DNA of 62,660 nucleotides, the filler included, from Methanobacteriota archaeon (GTDB lineage Archaea > JACRDV01): the NCBI GenBank assembly GCA_024860865.1. It is 5 parts of 5 records of this genome, joined end to end, with 100 filler letters (N's around TTAATTAATTAA, not from the genome) between each part and the next. Parts side by side here need not be neighbours in the genome. Positions count along the whole stretch, not along the records: positions 28,848 to 51,967 come from JACRDV010000015.1; positions 52,068 to 58,840 come from JACRDV010000016.1; 3 more parts are not named here. The stretch is one strand, 5' to 3'. Positions 49,621-58,940 of the stretch are shown piece after piece. The position numbers and the translations under genes were made by a program. How positions within the stretch are numbered: the stretch's first letter is position 1; each line of letters opens with the position of its first letter. The notes beneath the pieces were generated by a model. That model searched no databases, was not told the DNA's origin, and saw only the letters and a list, made by a program, of their open reading frames with translations.

Positions 49621-49989
49621 ATGGCACAAGTAAAACTAAGAGGACATCATCTGGTATGTTTGCAGTTTTTTAAAGGCGAGGGTTATAGCAAAGAGTTTAT
49701 TGATAATCTTCACGGGGTTATGAAGAGGCTCAAGACCGAAGTGGCCTTAGAGGTGGTAGAGGGGAGAGATGATGTTTGTTTAAAATGCCCGCATTTGAAA
49801 GGTGAGATTTGTTCTTATGCAGAAAAGGAAATCAGAGCCATGGACAACAAGGCACATGAGCTTTTAAAATTTTATCCAGGAGAGCTTGTCGAGTGGGATG
49901 AAGTGAGCAAAAAAGTCGAAAAAATTCGTGAGTTATGGCGGAAGGAATTCTGCGATGGTTGTGATTGGGAAAATACTTGTTGGGCTTAA
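49621..49989 (+). CDS. DUF1284 family Cys-rich protein
   Basis: LRGHHLVCL, GEGYS, DDVCLKCP and CDGCDW motifs. Confidence 0.85.
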   Translation: MAQVKLRGHHLVCLQFFKGEGYSKEFIDNLHGVMKRLKTEVALEVVEGRDDVCLKCPHLKGEICSYAEKEIRAMDNKAHELLKFYPGELVEWDEVSKKVEKIRELWRKEFCDGCDWENTCWA

Positions 49990-50012
49990 TATCAATTATT
50001 TGGGGGTAATTA

Positions 50013-50837
50013 ATGGAGCCTGTTGAAATAATTTTACTGGGGAGTGGTGGAGGTCGGTGGGTAACTATTAAACAAGCCCGATATACCGGAGGCATTCGCC
50101 TTCATAATGGAATTAGACTTCATATAGATCCTGGTCCAGGTGCTTTGGTTCGAACCTATCAGTTCGGGTTAGATCCAATGAAAATTGATGGAGTAATTAC
50201 TTCACATTGTCACCCCGACCATTATACAGATGCAGAAGTTCTTATCGAAGCTATGACCCACGGCATGACAAAAAAAAGGGGATTTTTAGTTGCAAATAAA
50301 ACTGTGTTAGAAAGTGTTGAAGGGTTTGGTGGCCCAGCAATTTCAAAATATCATCAAAATTTACCTAAAACAAAGATTTTAATGGAATCTGGTCAAAAGG
50401 CAAAGCTTGAGAATTTAGAGATCGAAGCTACACCGGCTAAACACAGTGAGCCAAAAACTATTGGTTTAAAATTTTACACAAGCCAAGGTATAGTTTCGAG
50501 TATTTTTGATTCTGAATATTTTAATAGTCTTTCGGAACCATATGTTGGTTCTAAAGTATTATTCCTTGCTGTTATGCGGCCCTTTGCTGATCGAATTCCA
50601 TTTCATCTTTGTACTGAAGATGCTGCTAAAATAATAAAAGAAGCTAAACCAGAACTTGCAGTTCTTACACATTTTGGAATGAAGATGATTCTCCAAAATC
50701 CTGCAAAGCAAGCTCAATGGGTGGAAAAAGAGACCGGAAGTAAAACCATAGCTGCTGAAGACGGCATGGTTATTAAAATTGATAAAGAAATTACGATTAG
50801 TAAGGTAACGCCGCAGAAAAAATTGAATTTTTTTTAG
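50013..50837 (+). CDS. MBL-fold metallo-hydrolase
   Basis: LGSGGGR, IDPGPG, HCHPDH and THFG motifs. Confidence 0.9.
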   Translation: MEPVEIILLGSGGGRWVTIKQARYTGGIRLHNGIRLHIDPGPGALVRTYQFGLDPMKIDGVITSHCHPDHYTDAEVLIEAMTHGMTKKRGFLVANKTVLESVEGFGGPAISKYHQNLPKTKILMESGQKAKLENLEIEATPAKHSEPKTIGLKFYTSQGIVSSIFDSEYFNSLSEPYVGSKVLFLAVMRPFADRIPFHLCTEDAAKIIKEAKPELAVLTHFGMKMILQNPAKQAQWVEKETGSKTIAAEDGMVIKIDKEITISKVTPQKKLNFF

Positions 50838-50849
50838 AGGGTACACCCC

Positions 50850-51967
50850 ATGAAAGAAAGTGAACTCCCAAAAGAATATGCTCCATCCAAAAGCGAGGCT
50901 AAATGGCAAAAAATTTGGGAAGAAAACCAAATTTATAGGTTTAGAAAGGATCATAGGCCAAATTTTGTAATCGATACTCCTCCTCCTTTTACTTCTGGCG
51001 AACTCCATATGGGACACGTTCTAAACTTCGTTTTTATTGATGTGGTAGCACGTTATAAGCGAATGCGCGGGTTTAATGTTTATTATCCTCAAGGTTGGGA
51101 TTGCCATGGCTTGCATACCGAACTTAAGGTTGAGAGTATACATAATATCACAAAACACGATGTTTCGAAGGAACAATTTAAAAAATACTGTATAGAACTG
51201 ACTGAGCGCTTTATAGATAAAATGAAGGCTCAATTGAAAGCAATTGGCTATTCACCAGACTGGAATTATGAATACCGAACAATGGATCCAGATTATATTA
51301 AAAGAGTTCAATTAACTTTTCTAGATTTTTATAAACGTGGTTTAATCTATAGAGCAGAACACCCAGTGAACTGGTGCCCACGCTGCGAAACTGCGATTGC
51401 AAATGCTGAAGTTGAATATGAAACTAGGATTACTTCTCTTAACTATATTAAATTTTTAATTGAAGGAAAGCCAGTTTCAATTGCAACGACTAGACCTGAA
51501 CTTCTTTGCGCATGTGTCGCAGTTGCAGTTCATCCAAATGATGATCGATATAAGGATCTAATTGGGAAAAAAGCAGTAGTTCCTATTTATAATAAAAGCG
51601 TCCCAATTATCGCAGATCCCGATGTTGACCCTAGTTTTGGAACTGGCATAGTAATGATTTGCACATTTGGTGACAAACAAGACGTTGAATGGAGATATAG
51701 GCACAATTTGCCGGTCATAAAAGCAATAGACCAAAAAGGCATTATGACTGAAGCCGCTGGCAGTTATGCCGGGTTATCAATTGAAGAATGTAAAACTAGA
51801 ATTGTTCGAGATTTAGAGAGAGATTGGCTTCTTGAAAAAACAGAGCCGCTTGAACAAAATGTAGCAGCTCATGAACGCTGTGGGACTCCAATTGAATTTT
51901 TAATCACACTACAATGGTTTGCAAAAGCACGCGAATTTAAGGATGAAGTTATTACTGCTGGAAAACA
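50850..51967 (+). CDS. valS: Valine--tRNA ligase, truncated by contig end
   Basis: IDTPPP, HMGH (HIGH variant), GWDCHGL, WCPRCETAIA, ATTRPE and CTFGD motifs. Confidence 0.95.
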
Positions 51968-52067
51968 NNNNNNNNNNNNNNNNNNNNNNNNNNNNNNNNN
52001 NNNNNNNNNNNTTAATTAATTAANNNNNNNNNNNNNNNNNNNNNNNNNNNNNNNNNNNNNNNNNNNN
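51968..52067. other. Artificial contig spacer
   Basis: N44-TTAATTAATTAA-N44. Confidence 0.98.
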
Positions 52068-52279
52068 ACACAGGGCAACTAGTGGGCGAAACAAAGTCCG
52101 CTGAGTTTATCGTACCTGCTGGCACCAAACCAGTGACAAGCCCGCCTGCAAGTTGGACCGTAATTTGGGGCCATAAAGGATTCGATGTTAAGGGTCGGGT
52201 TTTTTACGACACAAAAAGTGGCCCTTCGTATCGTTACAAGACTGACGTGGCTTGGACTCACTTTGATGTGTATAGCTAG
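52068..52279 (+). CDS. C-terminal fragment of a hypothetical protein
   Basis: Open frame running from the contig start to TAG at 52279; beta-rich composition. Confidence 0.45.
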
Positions 52280-52452
52280 AGAGGACTCTATAATCTCTCT
52301 TTGGTTAGTGATATAGCTTTAGCCAATGATTTGTACATAATTTTTTAGAACAAACTATTTTTTATACTTTTCAAATTTTTTATGAAACTTTTATATTAAA
52401 TTTTACCAAGAGAGGCGGGTTTGTTGCTGATTTTAGTTCCTACGAAATTTTA

Positions 52453-52851
52453 TCAGATGTACCCTAAAAGTTCTAAATGAGATTTTTTTCGAAGATAAAT
52501 CACGGGAATACCAATTTCTCTCGCTTTTTTTCTTAAGTTTTTATCATTACTGCAAAGTACAGCTTTGTTATTCAGCGCATATTCAATTAGCAACTCATCT
52601 ATAGGCTTTGTTGTTCTTAGAGGGATTACTCGACAATTGTTTGCTAAGTTCAAAGCGATATCTGCAGCTTTTCTTTCTAAAGATTTTTTAGAGCTCTCTT
52701 TTATTCTTTTCAACTCATCCAGTATAGGAGATAAAACTACTAACTCATAGGCAACTGGTAACAATCTTTCAGTCTCTTTGAATATATCAACTTTGAACTG
52801 GGCTGGTATCATGAGGAAATTTGAATCTAATACAACTATTCTCTTAGCCAT
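52453..52851 (-). CDS. Fcf1/Utp24-like PIN domain ribonuclease
   Basis: VLDSNFLMIPAQFKVDIF, DELL, SNDKNLR and PVIYLR motifs. Confidence 0.88.
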   Translation of the reverse strand: MAKRIVVLDSNFLMIPAQFKVDIFKETERLLPVAYELVVLSPILDELKRIKESSKKSLERKAADIALNLANNCRVIPLRTTKPIDELLIEYALNNKAVLCSNDKNLRKKAREIGIPVIYLRKKSHLELLGYI

Positions 52852-52963
52852 TTCGAATCCCTATTAATTTTTTTCTTGTGAAAATTTAAAGCGCTTTTTC
52901 ATTTATTTGTTAAAGCTTTAATATTTGGGGCACCAATTCTATCCTACTAAGGTTGGTGATTAT

Positions 52964-54109
52964 ATGACACTTGAAAAAACACTTCTAATGATACCGGGTC
53001 CTGTAAACGTTTCGCCCAGGGTTTTAAGGGCTATGGCAAAACCTGTTATAAACCATAGAAGCCCCGAATTTGGCAAACGAACTTTAGAAATCAATGAAAT
53101 GTTAAAAAAGGTCTTCAAAACTAACAATGACATTATTATTTTAACTTCCTCTGGGACTGGTGGAGTTGAGGCTGCGCTCGCGAACACAATTAAAGCTGGT
53201 GACAAAGTTTTAGTTTGTGTAAATGGTGCTTTTGGAGAAAGAGCCCGGAATATTGCAGAAGTTTACAACGCAGATATTATAGATGTTAACGCTGATTGGG
53301 GCAAGGCAATCAGTTCAAAAGATGTTAAAGAAAAACTTACTCAAGATACAAAAGCTGTTGTAATGGTCTATAACGAAACCTCTACTGGAGTTCAAAATCC
53401 CATAGGAGAAGTTGGAGAAATCGTAAAGCAAACCAATACTCTATTCATTGTTGATGCTATTTCAGGACTCGGCGGTCATTATGTTGGTGTCGATGAATTT
53501 GGAATTGATATTTGTGTAGTTGGTTCTCAAAAGTGCTTGGCAGCTCCGCCAGGATTAGCTTTTGTCTCGATATCTTCTAAAGCTTGGAAAGTAATTGAAT
53601 TAAATAAACCAAGAAGTCTGTACTTTGATTTAGTTAGAGCAAAGAGTTTTTTGCAAAAAGATCCGCCACAGACTCCATTTACTCCAGCAGTCTCAACTTT
53701 CTATGGATTACATGAGGCCCTTAAGATAGTAGAAGAAGAAGGTTTAGAAAATTGGATTAAAAGGCATGAGATAATAGCAAAGGCTACCAGAGAAGGCATC
53801 AAAGCAATGGGATTAGAATTATTTGCTGATGAAAAAGTGGCTTCAAATACTGTGACTCCGATAAAATATCCAGCGGGAATTAATGATAAAGAATTTAGAA
53901 AAACTATGCGAACGAAATATCTTGTTGAGGTAGCTGGTGGCCAAAAACAGCTTTCTGGGAAAATCTTTAGGATCGGGCACCTAGGCACTGTTACATCGAG
54001 CGATATAATTAGCACACTTTCTGCAGTAGAAATGGCGATGAATGATTTTGGGATTAAAATTGAGCCTGGAGTTGGGTTATCTGCAGCTCAAAGGGTATTT
54101 AGAGGTTAA
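52964..54109 (+). CDS. Class V aminotransferase (serine-pyruvate / alanine-glyoxylate family)
   Basis: LMIPGP, NETSTG, VDAISG, GSQKCLAAPPG and FRIGHLG motifs; ATG after GGTGA. Confidence 0.92.
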   Translation: MTLEKTLLMIPGPVNVSPRVLRAMAKPVINHRSPEFGKRTLEINEMLKKVFKTNNDIIILTSSGTGGVEAALANTIKAGDKVLVCVNGAFGERARNIAEVYNADIIDVNADWGKAISSKDVKEKLTQDTKAVVMVYNETSTGVQNPIGEVGEIVKQTNTLFIVDAISGLGGHYVGVDEFGIDICVVGSQKCLAAPPGLAFVSISSKAWKVIELNKPRSLYFDLVRAKSFLQKDPPQTPFTPAVSTFYGLHEALKIVEEEGLENWIKRHEIIAKATREGIKAMGLELFADEKVASNTVTPIKYPAGINDKEFRKTMRTKYLVEVAGGQKQLSGKIFRIGHLGTVTSSDIISTLSAVEMAMNDFGIKIEPGVGLSAAQRVFRG

Positions 54110-54265
54110 TTTCCCGATATCGAAGAAACTTCATAGCTATAACTGCTCAATTTTATGAGTTTTTGGTCAAGGATATGTACTGGATTGAAATTGAGCTATT
54201 CAGAAAAGTGGGCATTTTTAAAATTGCGCATTTCTTGAAGAGAAATGGGCTTAACATAAATTTTT

Positions 54266-54799
54266 TCATAACTTTTCCAATTCTTTTTTAACTATCTCAT
54301 AATCTTTTGGGCTTAATCTATAACCGGATTTGATCATATCTTCAAATGCTTGAATGACCAGTTTTTTCTTAACCAGTTTTCTCTTATAAAGTAGAATAAA
54401 GAGATATACACTTCCTCTTGTTTTGACGTCCATTACTTTAGCTATTTCTCTTCCTATGGCTTCATCTATTATTGCAACTCCATTTTTTTCTTTAGCTAAA
54501 GCTATTGTAGCCGCCTCACCTTCGTGGAGAGGTTGTTTAAAGTTGGTAGCAGCATTTTTAACAAAATTAAAAAATTTTTTATCTTTTAATTTAATTACAG
54601 TTATAATTTTATTTTCAACTAATTTTTCGATCATGTAAGCATCCAGAGCACCTTTCTCTTTTCCATTGATAACAACATCAACATAAACTTCCTCTGGGAT
54701 TACTATTTCGTTGACAACTTTTTTAAGCTTTTTTAAAATCCAACTATAGCCTGCTTTGGTTAGGTGTATCATTGGGCTTGCATTTAAAATAAGCTTCAT
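54266..54799 (-). CDS. DUF3368-type PIN domain protein (toxin)
   Basis: ILNASP, IPEEV, LHEGEAATIALA and IIDE motifs. Confidence 0.85.
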   Translation of the reverse strand: MKLILNASPMIHLTKAGYSWILKKLKKVVNEIVIPEEVYVDVVINGKEKGALDAYMIEKLVENKIITVIKLKDKKFFNFVKNAATNFKQPLHEGEAATIALAKEKNGVAIIDEAIGREIAKVMDVKTRGSVYLFILLYKRKLVKKKLVIQAFEDMIKSGYRLSPKDYEIVKKELEKL

Positions 54800-55098
54800 T
54801 CCTTTAGCCCGGCTTTTATATCTTCGATTATGTCTTTGGCTTTAATCGGTAAGGAGATTCCTTTTTTCTCAGTTAAATCTAGCATATCCCAAATCGTCAC
54901 TTCTGCCATTTTGGCTGCTTTCCATAGGGTGATTTTTCCCTGCTGCAGGAGTTGCAACGCGAGGTCTTTTTTCCATTCCTTTATCCCTTTCTCGAGCATT
55001 TTCCTGAGCGCGTCAGATTTACTTAATGCTTCTATTTCCGTAATTTTCTCTAATTCTCTCCACAAGTCTTTGGATATTCTCATTGCTACGGTTTCCAT
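54796..55098 (-). CDS. UPF0175 family antitoxin with RHH N-terminus
   Basis: KSDALRKML and GKITLWKAAKMAEV motifs; 4-bp overlap with the PIN gene. Confidence 0.85.
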   Translation of the reverse strand: METVAMRISKDLWRELEKITEIEALSKSDALRKMLEKGIKEWKKDLALQLLQQGKITLWKAAKMAEVTIWDMLDLTEKKGISLPIKAKDIIEDIKAGLKE

Positions 55099-55217
55099 AT
55101 TGCTTTCCTCGTTTACATATGCAACAATTGCAAACATAAATTTTTCGATTTGACAGTGAAAAAAGTTAAAAAATTAGCTATTGAACACAATTAGCTTGAT
55201 GTTTGTTTTTGAAATAG

Positions 55218-55625
55218 CTATTTAACATCTAACCAAAAATGTACTTCTCGATAAGGCTCTGAGCTAGTTTGATTGTAAAGATCAACTTCAACTTTAGCTT
55301 TCCCAGCGATATTTGGTGTGATTGTTAAAACTTTTGTGTAATTTTGGCCATCTGCAAGGCTGAGCCATCCTCTATCAACTTGTGCCCCATTTTGCTTAAC
55401 AGTATAAATATAATTCATTACCCGACCTTCATGGTTTGTGACTCCAATTGTGAAGCTCAGCGGTTTTCCAATAATTCCGGTTTTTGGAATGCTTTTTGGC
55501 TCAATCCAAAATTCAGTAAAAGTTTCCTTTGGGTGAGGTGTATGTAAAGCATATGCTATAAGTCCCGCAAAAGCAATGATTGTTGCAACGGCTATTATAT
55601 TAATTGTTCTTTCTTTCATCTTCAT
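55218..55625 (-). CDS. DUF1616-like membrane-anchored protein
   Basis: TM helix; ETFTEFW, GVTNHEG and PYREVHFWLDV motifs. Confidence 0.8.
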   Translation of the reverse strand: MKMKERTINIIAVATIIAFAGLIAYALHTPHPKETFTEFWIEPKSIPKTGIIGKPLSFTIGVTNHEGRVMNYIYTVKQNGAQVDRGWLSLADGQNYTKVLTITPNIAGKAKVEVDLYNQTSSEPYREVHFWLDVK

Positions 55626-56018
55626 TTCCTATTTTTTAAAAATAGATTGCAAAATTCATTTTAAAGCTCGAATATTTTCTAATATTTTTATAGATCACTA
55701 GTAAAATACCGTTTGCTTTATTTAGCTTATGGTAAATTGTAAATCACAAATACCTTCGGTCGCTGCAAGGCAGGGTTGGACTTGAGCTTACAAGTATTTG
55801 TGAGTTTCTTTTGCAACTTCTGCCAACTCCTAATTTTAACGCAAAAAGAGACATGAAAGTATGCTGCCATTTAAAACAAACAAACCCAGAAATACTATTT
55901 AACTACCTAGGTTTTAACAGATTTTATAGCAATGGGAAGGTTGAAATTTATACCACCGTGGGTATTAAATCCCTAAAAGAAAAAATTATTTATCATAATA
56001 TGATTATAAAATCCTAAT

Positions 56019-56603
56019 ATGATGAAAATCTTAGATGAAGTATTAGGCTCTGGAACCAAAATTCGAGCCCTTAGAGTTCTTGTGCTTAACCCAACAGAAT
56101 CTTACTATGAAACTGAGCTCGCAAACTTAGCAAGTGTCCCACAATCTAGTTTACATGTTGAAATTGAAATTTGGTATGAAATCGGGCTTGTAAATATAAT
56201 CAAAATGGGTAAACTAAATTTTATTTCGATTGATCAAACCCACTGGTTATATCCTATTTTGAAAAAATTATTTGAATCTGAGAAATTCGCAATAGAGAAA
56301 GCAATTCAAGAATTTGTTTATAAAATCAAACAAGAACTTGGCTCTGATATTAAAAAAATTGTTATATTCGGTTCGGCAGCTCGAAAAGAGATGCGAGTAC
56401 TAAGCGATATTGATATCATAATTGTTGTATCTAATAAAGCTAATTTAAAAATTGTTGAAGATAAACTTGCTGAGATCAGGTTGCTCTTTTTAAATAAACA
56501 TTTTTGGTTTGAAACTATTGTTTACTCAGAATCAGAGTTTAGCAACGAATCTCAATCACTCTTTTTAAGAAATGTAAGGACAGAAGGCATAGTTTATGAA
56601 TGA
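56019..56603 (+). CDS. wHTH plus MNT antitoxin
   Basis: IFGSAAR...SDIDI motif; N-terminal HTH. Confidence 0.87.
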   Translation: MMKILDEVLGSGTKIRALRVLVLNPTESYYETELANLASVPQSSLHVEIEIWYEIGLVNIIKMGKLNFISIDQTHWLYPILKKLFESEKFAIEKAIQEFVYKIKQELGSDIKKIVIFGSAARKEMRVLSDIDIIIVVSNKANLKIVEDKLAEIRLLFLNKHFWFETIVYSESEFSNESQSLFLRNVRTEGIVYE

Positions 56604-56964
56604 GATTTCCGAAATTAAAGATTATTTAACAATAGCAAAAAGAGATTTTGAAACAGCAACAAAAATTTTAGAATATAACCCAGATGTATCAATTTTCATA
56701 TTTATATTGGCGATGGAAGCAGCCGCTAAAAGCATTTTAGTTTCTAAAGGCGTTGCAAGATTGCCAAAAACACACATGGGTTTATTTAGCCTTTTAAGGG
56801 AAAGTGTAGCTGAACTGGGAGGTCTCCTTAAGGATTATTCAAAAATTTTGGCCATGCGAGCAAAAGCTGGTTATAGAACTAAACCTGTCTACGATGTGAA
56901 TCAGGCAGCACAAGTTCAGGCTAAAGTTAAGGTTTTTATTGAGACAGTTGAACGCTTAGTTTAG
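56596..56964 (+). CDS. HEPN domain protein
   Basis: AMEAAAKS, PKTH and R-x4-Y (RAKAGY) motifs. Confidence 0.85.
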   Translation: MNEISEIKDYLTIAKRDFETATKILEYNPDVSIFIFILAMEAAAKSILVSKGVARLPKTHMGLFSLLRESVAELGGLLKDYSKILAMRAKAGYRTKPVYDVNQAAQVQAKVKVFIETVERLV

Positions 56965-57003
56965 CTTCTATTCAGCAATTCTCTATTTCTAACCTACTCT
57001 AGA

Positions 57004-57363
57004 TTACTTTTCAATAGCTTCAACTAAAAAGCGCCTATTATCTAAAGGAATTAACTTTACTTTCTTTCCTTTTACTATGTTTAGGTGGTGTGCTAGATCT
57101 TCAGGGATATTTATTACCAATGATCGGCCCGAAATAGTAATTTTTCTTTCAAAGGCAAAAATATGGGCTTTTAATTGTTCTGTTCGCTTTTCAATTTCTT
57201 CAACTTGTTCTGGCGTGAAAATGAATTCACGGCATTTAGGGCATTCAAAGGCTTTTACATTGCGAAGCGGAAAACCTTCTATATACTCATATGTATCCAA
57301 AACAATCTCCTTAGCATTTTTGCCACATTTTTTACAAATCAATTTCATCTTCTCTTTCTCCAA
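57004..57363 (-). CDS. YgiT/MqsA-type Zn finger fused to AbrB domain (antitoxin)
   Basis: CKKC...NVKAFECPKCRE and SGRSLVINIP motifs. Confidence 0.85.
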   Translation of the reverse strand: MEKEKMKLICKKCGKNAKEIVLDTYEYIEGFPLRNVKAFECPKCREFIFTPEQVEEIEKRTEQLKAHIFAFERKITISGRSLVINIPEDLAHHLNIVKGKKVKLIPLDNRRFLVEAIEK

Positions 57364-57581
57364 TAAATAGTTATAAGTTCTTCTTCACTTTTTTTGTTCC
57401 AAAGCCATACTGCGATTAAACTTTTATTACCAAAATCTATTTTGCTATAGTTCTTTGTTCCAAAGCGTCCATTGATTTCACTAAAAATAACTTCACCATT
57501 CTTTATAACTTCAATTGCTTCAAATTCGTTTATTCCTCGCTTTTCCATCTGTTTTCTAGCATGTTTTGGAATTACTACCAA
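57345..57581 (-). CDS. DUF4258 / RelE-like toxin
   Basis: HARKQMEKRGI and LITIY motifs; palindrome TCACTTATT-T-AATAAGTGA at 57596-57614 upstream. Confidence 0.8.
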   Translation of the reverse strand: MVVIPKHARKQMEKRGINEFEAIEVIKNGEVIFSEINGRFGTKNYSKIDFGNKSLIAVWLWNKKSEEELITIYWRKRR

Positions 57582-57639
57582 TCAATCACTTTTTATCACT
57601 TATTTAATAAGTGAATATTTAAAACTTTTTCTGTTCTAA

Positions 57640-57924
57640 AGAGCCATTTCAGCGCACTTTCAACTTCTTCTTTTCTTACAGATTTTGTAGAGAGAGAAAA
57701 TTCCAAAGCAACAGTATTTGAATTAAAAGATAAGCTTGTGCATTATGGGATTTTAAAGCCTACTAAAAAAGTTGGGCATATACAGCTATATAAATTCAAT
57801 AAAGAAAGTCTAGCCGGAAAAAAACTCAATAGGCTATTCTACGAACTAGCTGATATTGATATATCCATTTGTCGAAAAAGAAGAAGTTAAAGAAGAGATT
57901 CACAAAGCAAAAATAGAAGCGTGA
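57640..57924 (+). pseudogene. Decayed winged-HTH gene
   Basis: SKATVFELKDKLVHYGILKPTKKVGHIQLYKFNKES with no start codon and a frameshift before EKEEVKEEIHKAKIEA-TGA. Confidence 0.5.
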
Positions 57925-58170
57925 CCCCTTCCAACGCTAAAGCTTAGGCACCACTTCAAGAACTCGCTCCGTTGCCGGAGGCGCAGGTCCGCTTCAGTGC
58001 TTACGATGCTTTCGAGGTTGGTGCCTTTGCTCGGCTATCGTTTGTCTTCTTTTCCCCACAGGAGCCCAAAGTGCTAAAGCCTCACCCTACCCAAACTCGC
58101 TTTGCACTTTCACTGTGGGAGATCGCAACTTGCCCGCCTGCCTCGTGACGTATAGCCGCAGGCCTGGTGT
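57921..58170 (-). ncRNA. GC-rich multi-stem structured element resembling an IS200/IS605 right-end (TnpB omega/reRNA-like) scaffold
   Basis: At least five perfect stems and a GCAA tetraloop; the minus strand ends GCTTTAGCGTTGGAAGGGGTCAC; no ORF. Confidence 0.55.
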
Positions 58171-58435
58171 TTTTGATAAAAAACTTGCGAGAAGAGAACT
58201 TAACGAGAAATCATTTGTAAATATCTAAGCAAACTATTTTCTAACCCTGAGTTGGTAGAACAACGGCCAAGAATGGGCGAATATTTGAGAACGTAAATAT
58301 GATTGGTTAAAAAATTGCTGAGAGATAGTATACGAAAAAGTCATTAAAAGATGCGCGTAGCTTTATGGAACGTTAAAATAATCTAAAGAGATTCGGCATC
58401 GAAAAATTAGAAATAATAGTTAGAGAAAAAATTCT

Positions 58436-58840
58436 CTATGGAGTTATCCTAATTTCAGATTTTAGGATATCCTTTAGAGCTTTTGCAATTTTCTCAGGGA
58501 GAGTATCCATTTTTTTATCTATACTATCCAGCTTATTATCCATGCTATCCAACTTACCATTCATACTATCCAGTTTACCATTCATGCTATCAAGTTTACC
58601 ATTCATGCCATCCAACTTACCATCCATCTTGCCCAATTTATTACTGATGTCTTCCAAGTAATCAACGCCTTTTCCCACTTGATTTAAAATTAGAGCTTGA
58701 GAAGATCTCATTGCCTTTGGAACTGGTTCCTCTACATCAAATTGAATTTCGTTTACTACTGGATTCTCTGCCAACTTTGGTTTTTCTTTTTTCACATCTT
58801 CATAAAATTTCATTATTGTATCCTTATCTCCTTCCACCAA
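58436..58840 (-). CDS. Acylphosphatase-like domain tail plus heptad-repeat coiled coil (5' end truncated)
   Basis: VEGDKDTIMKFYE..KP..A resembles an acylphosphatase C-terminal half; KLDSMNG repeats; LPEKIA ending. Confidence 0.6.
   Translation of the reverse strand: MVEGDKDTIMKFYEDVKKEKPKLAENPVVNEIQFDVEEPVPKAMRSSQALILNQVGKGVDYLEDISNKLGKMDGKLDGMNGKLDSMNGKLDSMNGKLDSMDNKLDSIDKKMDTLPEKIAKALKDILKSEIRITP
58508..58639. repeat. Degenerate 21-bp in-frame tandem repeat, about 6 units
   Basis: Encodes KLGKMDG-KLDGMNG-KLDSMNG-KLDSMNG-KLDSMDN-KLDSIDK. Confidence 0.85.
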
Positions 58841-58940
58841 NNNNNNNNNNNNNNNNNNNNNNNNNNNNNNNNNNNNNNNNNNNNTTAATTAATTAANNNN
58901 NNNNNNNNNNNNNNNNNNNNNNNNNNNNNNNNNNNNNNNN
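58841..58940. other. Artificial contig spacer
   Basis: N44-TTAATTAATTAA-N44. Confidence 0.98.

Noticed and set aside
55811-56017. 68-aa ORF upstream of the MNT gene
   Set aside because: No recognisable motif and it spans the promoter region; a degraded remnant at best
58508-58639. CRISPR-like periodicity
   Set aside because: In-frame 21-bp coding repeats with no spacers; no CRISPR array or cas gene was seen in the window
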